Shown here: in pieces, positions 54,290-64,000 of the stretch
Layout: every line of letters begins with the position of its first letter
Position numbering within the stretch: the stretch's first letter is position 1
Origin: Eledone cirrhosa
Lineage: Eukaryota
DNA: 64,000 bases
Direction: 5' to 3'
Assembly (NCBI GenBank): GCA_964016885.1
Contig: OZ024743.1
Location: 266,662,001-266,726,000 of the forward strand
Made by a program: the position numbers and the translations under genes
The notes under the pieces: model-generated
What the model was told of the DNA's origin: nothing
The model's input: only the letters and a program-made list of their open reading frames with translations
The model's database searches: none

Positions 54290-55189
54290 TTGATGTATGC
54301 GGCCGAGCGTTATCTTGACAAAAATCGAACAGGATCATCAAGTGGGCGCACATGTGCAATTTTCGCCTCTAAGCTGTCATGTTTTGGGCAATAGACCATA
54401 GAAGGTATGCTGGTATTAGGTAGGAGCAGCTCATAGTGGATAACACATTTCCAGTCCCACCAGACACTCCGTAAAGCCTTGCCATGGTAGAGGCCATCCT
54501 TTGCCATTGTGACGCACTCTCTTTATCAATAGTTTGCACTTGCCATTAATGTAGAGATATTGCCATTAATGTAGAGATATTGTTGTTTATCACCAGTTAC
54601 AATGGAACGTAACCAGTTGGCTGTGTGACGGTAGGGGAGTAGATCATTCTTAACTGCCACCCAACATTCACGATCGTGGTCGGTCAGATTGTGAGGCACC
54701 CATTAGTACAGATTAAACACCTTCTCTATTGTATGCAGGTGATTGAGGATGGTGGTGTTTGATGTCCAAAGAATTTCAGAGAGTTGATCGATGTCTGGCG
54801 TGGGTGGCTTTCAACAATTCACGCAGTTGCTTCTCATTGAAGTCGGATAGACGTCTACGTGATGTCTTTCTTCAAGGCTGTAACCACCGTAACAAAAGCT
54901 TAAGTACCAGTCGCTGGCATTGCGTTCAGACATGGTTTATAAGACAAATTCATTGCTAAGCGACGACTTGCTGCTGCACTTAGGTTAGATTTATAATCAT
55001 AATGTAAACAGTCACAAATAAACGATCTGGATAAATCCATGTTGATTGCGTAACAGGAAATGAGAAATGCATATAGTGCATACCAACGTTATTCGGTATA
55101 TATGTGCGCATGCGAAAACTTCAACATTTTCGGAAAACTAGCAAAATGCCTCCTTAAACAACTGCAGAAACTTTCGGTCCAACCCAATA
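54290..55189 (-). mobile_element. Decayed mariner (Tc1/mariner) transposon
   Basis: Minus-strand WVPHNL, WLRSIVTGDK, AKDGLYHGKALRSVWWDWKCVIHYELL..YC; TIR TA|ttgggttggaccgaaagtttctgca at 55163-55189; 20-bp internal duplication 54541-54580. Confidence 0.9.
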
Positions 55190-56227
55190 TATATACTGTA
55201 GAATGTATTCTCTAAAACAATTTTATTTTCACAAGCTAATAAATAAAAAAAATGAACATTTACTTACTGATTCGGCAAATAGCTTCCTACAGAGCAAAAA
55301 CACACATGTTCTTATTTCACTACCAACTTATTAGAGACTGTCAGTATGTAATATTGTTTTTTTGTTTTATTACATATACATTCATCTGTAACAGTTTCTA
55401 CGCTAGAAGCATGACATATATATCAATTGTAGCTTACTTATTAGGCTAACCAAAATTTGGATATTCTATTTAACACTTTCACTGTACATTACATCAAACT
55501 TCCTAGTATCCCAAATTCCACCTCTTCTGAAATGGCTTCTCGTAAAAGATTCTGTGACGGTGGCGTTCCCAAACATTGTATAACATAAGGATTTAGTGAA
55601 GTCACTTGTAAACTGTCTCCTGAGGGCCGAAAAGAATGCGTTCCGGTTCTATGTGGTCTGACGTCACATTCCACTGTGGTCAACTCTGTCATTCATCCTT
55701 TCGACGTCGATATAAAAGTACGAGTTCACAATTGGATTCTTTCCCTCTCTCTCTCTCTCTCTCTGGATGAAATCGGTTCTATTCAGGACTGAGAGGGGCT
55801 GGGCGTCGCTAGGCTTTATAAATGCTCAAGAAATGCCATATGTCACTACGGCGCCCCAAATAATCCATCAGGATTTATGCATTAAAGGAGAGAAAGCTGT
55901 CTCCATTTATTTCTTCATTTGGTTGTCCTTGGCAAGAACAGTTCTGGTTATAAATCTAATGTATTTAAAAGCTTGCATTCATGTCTGTATATGTCTATGT
56001 ATGAATGTCTGTATGAAGTGACCACCGGTAACAGCACAAACCAGTCAATGAATGATTGTCAGGATCCCTAACTCATAATTGATTGAGTATATAATAGTTA
56101 GAAAATAGTAATTTCTTGCAATGTTTATTTATTTTCCGTCAACGGAAAGAATACCTAATCAGTAAACAGTTTAGTTTATACAATACTAATCAATATGTGT
56201 GTTCGTAAACATCTGAATATATATAAA

Positions 56228-56286
<59 letters not shown>

Positions 56287-56687
56287 CTGTTGCATATATT
56301 ATGAATATAAACAAAATCTTTTTTTCTGGTTGGCGCATTCATTTTATATTTATTACAGAGGAAGGAACTCTTTTATTTCTCGTAACTTTTGGCAAAATCA
56401 CAAGCATTAATTTCATTTAATGTAGAATTCTCTGTATATTCATTCTATTTCGTATTTCCATTTTATTAATATAATAATGGTAATAAAAATCTTTAAATTA
56501 TAATCGCAAATATGTATTTCAATCTTAAGTTAAATCTATATATATTGTGATGTGAATATTTACTTTTGATAAGAAAGAAAAACACATCAATGTATTGCGG
56601 AAGATACAATATATTTTCGTCTGGAACGTTTAATCATGCATATATATATGTGTGTAAGGGAAAAATATGTTTAAAAGGATTCGGAAA

Positions 56688-56798
<111 letters not shown>

Positions 56799-57143
56799 AA
56801 AAGGATCTTTATAACGTAAAAAAAGTTGATGCTAGCAAAGACTGGTTTCTCCGTTTAGGATCATCAAACGTTTGTAAATAGGTTAAATTGATTTTTCGTT
56901 AAAAAACCTGCATGTTGAATTTCCACCACATTGGTTTAGGTTACTTCTGCCCTTGCTAAAGTAAGGGATACAGTGGTATCCTTTACTTTACCGAGGACAA
57001 TATAGGTTATTCCAATGATTTGAAATGGATAATGTTTTTCCTGTTATTCTTGAAACCATGTTAGGCAGATGATTATATGTGTTAATCTAAATTATTTTAG
57101 TCCATCTGACTTGTACGTACCTAAATTGATATTTTGGCATAAG

Positions 57144-57244
<101 letters not shown>

Positions 57245-57963
57245 TGTGTATGCGCGCGTTTATATGAAAATTGCATTCGAACCTCATATTGACAACAGGA
57301 TATATGTCCATTTCGTTCCGGTCTGAGATCTCATATGCCCTGTTAATATACTAATATGTCGGCATTTAAACATTCCAGAAAATACGAATTTCCCTATAAA
57401 TTGAAAAGATGATAAACATCTCTAATCAATTTTCGGATCTGATGGAACCCTCATCAAACGCCGCGTCATTCAATCCACAAGGAAATATGTATTTGATGGG
57501 TATATATAACCATTCATTCTTAATATTATTAAGAAACAGACGTTCTAATACGCATATAAGTAGTATTGCCCTAATATATAAATATATATTTTTTCATTAG
57601 TAGTTCAATAACACACGCTGTTGGACACAGCGTGCCGTTTAGAGAATTACATGTCTTGTATACTATCTATACACTATTTTTCTACTTCCAAAGAAATACA
57701 ACCTAAGAACGGAATAATTATTCTAATATAGGTTATCTTCATTCATTGAGATAATGAATATTGCTTCTTAATTCAGAATCTGCAGTTGGAGATATTGTAT
57801 GAGAAAAGAGAACTTACTTTAGTTTATCTCAATTACATGCACCCCAATCGAGATTTTTACTTATGTTTAATATGTTTTATTGCTTCTCTAACTTGATAGT
57901 ATACATTTTCATTGAGATGTCTGACTATATTCTGATTGTTATATATATATATATATTATATAT

Positions 57964-58146
57964 GAAAAGAGTCAGGACGTCGACGGTCGAGCTCCGGCCG
58001 TTTCGAGGGCTACATCTAGCTGAGGAAACGGCTGGAGCTCAGCCGTTGGGGTCCTGACTCTTTTCCTATTACCCACTCTACTACCCTATATCGAGTACTC
58101 TCGTTCGTTATATTCCACCTGTTATCTTACCACATCTTCTTTTTTC
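57964..58146. mobile_element. TA-embedded fold-back remnant (family of 27958)
   Basis: Hairpin 57964-58064 followed by cctattacccactctactacccta..gagtactct shared with 28065-28105. Confidence 0.75.
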
Positions 58147-58181
58147 TTAATATATATGTACATATATATATATACATATAT

Positions 58182-58229
<48 letters not shown>

Positions 58230-58757
58230 ATATATATCAATACGAATTACGTTAGGTTACACAGACGTAAATATAGCACTATGAAACCTAAAGTAATGCA
58301 TGACTAAGTCAAATGCTGAATACGTTTAACTTCCACTATACTTGTCCGAGGCTTCCATCATACGGTGTTCTACAAACACCTATACTTATATATATATAGA
58401 TATATACAAGAGAGGGGGGGGGGTGAAAGAAAGACTGACAGAGAGAAAGAGAGAGAAAAGGAGAGGGTAAGATTTTACTAAACACACATACCATGGAGAA
58501 TATAGCAAGGGAAGAAAAGAGTAAAGTAGTTATTTTTATTTTTACGTATCATTGCTAATATAGATTTATGAATTAATATTTTCAATTTAATTTTAAATGA
58601 TTTTTATCAAGAAATATTTTATGACGTTTTTTTATTCTTCTTTTCCCACATCTCATTTTTTCCTCTTTGCCCTCGTTTCTAAATAATTCACGCAATCAAT
58701 TATATATACATTTTTGTGGGGGGAGTTTTTGTATATATATATATATATGAATATGCA

Positions 58758-58847
<90 letters not shown>

Positions 58848-58912
58848 CATATGTATATATATATATATTTACATATATATATGTATATATATATATACAT
58901 ATATATATGTAT

Positions 58913-58944
<32 letters not shown>

Positions 58945-59347
58945 TATATGTAATATACGTGCATGCAAACATACATCCATACAAATATATACATATATAT
59001 ATACATATATGTAAATATTTTAGCATTTCTTTATTTTATTTCTGTCCTATATTAGTTTTATTTATATTAACTTATTTATTTACGCATCTATTTATTTGTT
59101 TATAAATTATTCTATCCTCGTATTTTTTTAGTTTTCCAGAGATGTCAGAAAATAATTTTTAAAATAACGATATATAAAAGAAAGAAGTAAATGGGTTGAC
59201 TTACACATATTCCTCCAAAATGTAATAAACGACAACCAAAATTAAAAGAAAAATAGTAGTGTGTTATGTATATATATTCTCACTTTACAGAAAAGTAATA
59301 TTATCTATCTATCTAGCAAGATAGCCACCCCTTCTCCTCTCTCGCTG

Positions 59348-59397
<50 letters not shown>

Positions 59398-59398
59398 A

Positions 59399-59470
<72 letters not shown>

Positions 59471-59491
59471 ATACACACATATATACATACA

Positions 59492-59570
<79 letters not shown>

Positions 59571-60050
59571 ATACAGATATAAGTCTTCCTGAAATAAGTG
59601 TGCTGATAATGTGGGTACGGCTGTCACGCCCCTGATGTCTGTATGCCTATCTTCTATCCCGTATAGCAGTGTGTATACTTACGAACATACACGCAAACAC
59701 ACATACATATTATATATATATATTAAATATATTATATTATATATATGTATTAAATCAATATAAATTATATTTTCATCCTTAATTTTTTTCCTCTTGTAAA
59801 CAACATTGAATAGGTAAGATCCTTCTCAAGTAAAGGTTATTTGATGCACACACATACACACACTCACACACCTTCTCACACACACACACACTCACCTTCA
59901 TACACACACATATATATATATAACATATTTTTCATGTTTCATTCATGACTGTGATCTCATTCATATTTACATTCAGATGCATCCATAATCGTACACCACA
60001 GAGATACACGGTCACGTACAGGCCTATACATACTCAGTTTCACATATATA

Positions 60051-60097
<47 letters not shown>

Positions 60098-60194
60098 GCA
60101 TTTGTACATATTTTCAACCTCCAGTAGCCATTCCAGATGAGATAAATGAAACATTTAAATGATATTTTCATAAATATGTATCAAATTTATATAC

Positions 60195-60265
<71 letters not shown>

Positions 60266-60337
60266 ACACAAACATATATATATATATATATTCGGCCATC
60301 TTAGATTTTCCCAAAGATAACTAAACTAGTAGATATA

Positions 60338-60401
60338 TAATTGTCTCTACTGTTGGCACAATGCCAGTAAATACCCAGTGCATTACTGGTACTTTATTTT
60401 T
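60338..60401 (-). mobile_element. SINE 3' fragment (family of 11285)
   Basis: taattgtctctactgttggcacaatgccag..cagtgcattactggtactttatttt. Confidence 0.8.
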
Positions 60402-60540
60402 ATAATAATAATCTTATGGTAGATGGAGTTTGAACACTTAGGTAGCATACGTTTGTGTTGAGAACTTATTCATATAATATACTTTGGCTGTGTTCAGCAC
60501 ATTGCACAGAACACTACTTCCTCGAGCTACTCTTCGGAAA

Positions 60541-60624
<84 letters not shown>

Positions 60625-61019
60625 TTATATATATACTCAAACACTAATCTTAACGCATATGCTTTATAATTTAATTGTAACCAGCGGTGTTTTATCCATT
60701 ATATAACAACTCAAGAAGAGAAATAACTATGATCAGATGTAATATTGTATTAGGTCCTTCCTGCAGCTAATAAAATAAATTATATTTAGGTTTTAAGGAA
60801 TCGATCATTGATCAGCTTGTTTTAAAATATTTACGCCCTCTGCATATATTTTCGTTAAATGTACACTGGACAAAATATATATGTAAAACGTTAAAACAGC
60901 GTTATGCTGTGTCACTTAGAGTGTTCGGCACAGTGGGGATACCTTCCTGTGTCTGAAGTTGTCGTGGAGAGGGTCTTGTGTGTTTCGTAATTCCGAGAGT
61001 GCATTTCCGTCGGGAGCTT

Positions 61020-62876
61020 TGCTATTGGTAGGGCTACCGTAGTCGGGCCGATCTCACTGGAAGGTTCCAAACCAATAGTGACCCGTTTCTCTTCGGCTCG
61101 CCGCCAAGTTGACAGTCCCATCATCACACCGCCCAGAAAAATCATCAATCAGTTTAGAAACCGACCAGATGGAACCTGACTGCCCCCCATCGGAATGGAC
61201 CCCTGCATACTCCCCCACCATCGAGACATTTTCTTACACTACACATTTCGTTTTCTCTCATGAAATGTCCTGTATCTCCTTAGCTCTGGTGCAGTCACTC
61301 TGCTGTCCCGAGAGCTATCACACTACAACATCACAGACGGACTCTGCGACACGCTGGCATGCGAAAGGCGAATTCATCCCGGAAAATCACTGCCTCACCT
61401 GGAATGGCTATGAGAATCAGACAGGCCTCTGCGGCGTGACACTGGCCATGCCCAAGCACATCAGCAAGTCACTCAGCATGCTGGAACCTGGTGAGTTACC
61501 TGTTGCTCCCCGTCCGTTTTCTCTACAGACACGGGGAGATGACTATCATCCTTGCCTATACCCCTAGATGTGTCGCAGAGCACCATGTCAAGGATGACTA
61601 CTACGATCAGTTCCAAGAGATTTCAGGACAAATCCCATCCCATGACATCACAATCATCCTGAGTGTCGCCAATCCAACCATTCTTTTTCTGCCAGTTTCC
61701 ATCCAACAGACGCATTGCAAGCTCAGTTTTTTGGCACAACCTTCGCTGACCCATTTACCTATGACAATTGTAATCACCAGCTGCTCCCGTGAGACTATAC
61801 GCATCCATCACTAGACAATACACAATCCAGACGGCTGCATCAGCAAGGCAATCGACCACACCATCTCACCCCGCTGGAGGTCATTTGTCACCAGCTGCCT
61901 CCTAAGATCACCACCCTGTTCCAATGGCTCTATTGCAGTCCCGGGTTGAGACAAGGTTGCGTGGCTGCCTCCGGCCTCTTCAAATGTGTCATCGACTATC
62001 TGATGCCAAGATCAGTAAGTAAGAGTCTGGTGCTACCTTCGATCAGCACAGAGACGCACGAACCATCTGCTGAGAGGAACCAGCAAAGCTTGGCCTCCAA
62101 GTGGGATGAGCAAAGTCAAAACTGATATATGTCGGTGATGGCCCGGTTCCTCATTCGGTGATGGCCCGGTGCCTCCGACATCGTGGAGTTTGTTAGTTCC
62201 TTCATTTACATTGGCTCGACAGTCACCAACAATGGAGACCAAACCCGGGAGATCAACCACAGATGTTGTCTGGACGCCGGTTCATGCGCTCTCCAAGGAA
62301 GCTCCTTTGGCTCCACTGCTCTGTCTCCCGGAAGAGGAATCTCCGTATTTATAAATCGCCATGCCTTTCCGTTCTTGTCTATGGAGTAGAAACGTGATCC
62401 CTCACAAAGACCCAGGCACAAAAAGATCGACAGATTCGACAGCAAAGCTCTGAGGTATTTTGAGTATGTCAGAAAGGCCCACCACGTTTCCTGCAATGAT
62501 TTGTGCGCCCGCATGCATAAGTCAACACCGTCCAGACTCATAGGCATCCGCCACATGCACTGGTATGAACATGTCCACTACCTTCCGCCAGATCATCCTA
62601 CCAGGGCCTTATTCTCATTCGCCGCAGCAGCTACAAACTGGGAGAGATCACGCTGCAGGCCCCGCACGAAGCTGGAAGTCATCAAGTAGTTCTTCAGAAG
62701 ATCAACGTCACCTTGTTAAAAGCAGAGGGGCTGGCACGGAACCACCCGTGATGAAGGGCACCGATCTACCTGGTCGGTCTTACGCATGATCATACCTCTG
62801 GAGTCGGCTCTACGCACGATGATACCCTTGGGATCGCTTACCTAGTATGACCCCAGTCTTATCGAGCAAGAGCAAG
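61020..62876 (+). mobile_element. Internally deleted, decayed RTE-like LINE (APE endonuclease and RT C-terminal remnants)
   Basis: GC-richer block; HGEMTIILAYTP..KDDYYDQFQE..IPSHDITIIL, FIYIGSTVTNNGDQTREINHR, YGVET..KIDRFDSKALR, WYEHV..WERSRCRPRTK; (gagcaa)2 tail. Confidence 0.85.
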
Positions 62877-62939
62877 GAAAAGAAAAAAATATATATATGA
62901 ATTAGATGCCTATTCATAATTTAATCATTAAATGTTTCA

Positions 62940-63065
62940 TCGTATCCTTGAGCAAGACATGGGTCGAGCTGTAAATATGGAAAACGACATTTGCTTATGT
63001 TCCTCGGAATCGAACACAGGTATTATTGATTGCGAAGCGATTTTCTTAACCACTAAACCACCCAC
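62940..63065 (-). mobile_element. Diverged tRNA-derived SINE head
   Basis: ggaatcgaacac (B box rc) and cttaaccactaaacca (A box rc). Confidence 0.5.
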
Positions 63066-63387
63066 GGTATCTTTTGTAAGTGCAAGCAATATCGTTTTAT
63101 TTGATATCATGCTAGATTTGCTACAAATAACTATTTTGCTTGCAGAATCATATATAGAAACGAAAATATTTTTCTGTGAGTTCAACCAACTTTTTCTAAG
63201 TTTTATATTCTTTGTAGAAGTTTGGGTTTTACAAATTAATATACATTTATATTACACAAATATACGCACACAAATGCACACACACGCATATACACGCATA
63301 TTTATATGCCTGTATTAATAAAATTATGTAAATTCATAAATGTATATATACATATGTATATGGATGCATATATATGAATGTGTATGT

Positions 63388-63452
<65 letters not shown>

Positions 63453-63477
63453 AACACACACACATTTATACATATAT

Positions 63478-63615
<138 letters not shown>

Positions 63616-64000
63616 GCATACAAACATATACTCTTTTATAATTATATACTTAATTTATGTGCCGATATGTACATACATATGAGATAGACAATCATACATA
63701 CGCAGTCACACACAGACAAATATAAATATATATATATATAGAGAGAGAGATAGATAGATATATAGATACATATATTAACAAGCGTATGAAAAGTATATTC
63801 ACAAATATTCTGCGTTTGTGCTTGCGTACGTGTTGCGTGCGTGTATTTGTGAGTGCGTGAGTGTGCTTGCGCGCTTACGTATGTGTGCGTATGTGTATTG
63901 ACAACCCAAAATGTCAACACAGCACAATAACTGGAAGTTGAAATAGATAAACATAGACAAACTATCTCGTGCATCGACTAATAATTTCAATATTGCCTAA

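Overview
AT-rich, microsatellite-dense eukaryotic DNA with no recognisable intact host exon. Almost all ORFs in the supplied track are translations of (TA)n/(CA)n/(GA)n repeats. The tRNA-derived SINEs resemble octopod cephalopod families, so an octopus-like genome is inferred but not proven. The window is dominated by Penelope-like retroelements (PLEs) sitting in (TA)n tracts: one nearly full-length RT+GIY-YIG pseudogene (35699-37875) inside a ~2.85 kb inverted repeat, and five 5'-truncated GIY-YIG remnants, most with an inverted copy of their own 3' tail. Type I hammerhead ribozyme (HHR) motifs were read by eye on both strands. They include a 3x466-bp non-coding tandem array with one HHR per unit (retrozyme-like) and a ~320-bp monomer family carrying a U3-A8 variant core with compensatory helix II changes. 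Also present: RTE and CRE LINE fragments, a decayed mariner, a non-autonomous Helitron, MITEs and about 20 SINE copies. All coordinates and folds were determined manually; edges may be off by a few bases.
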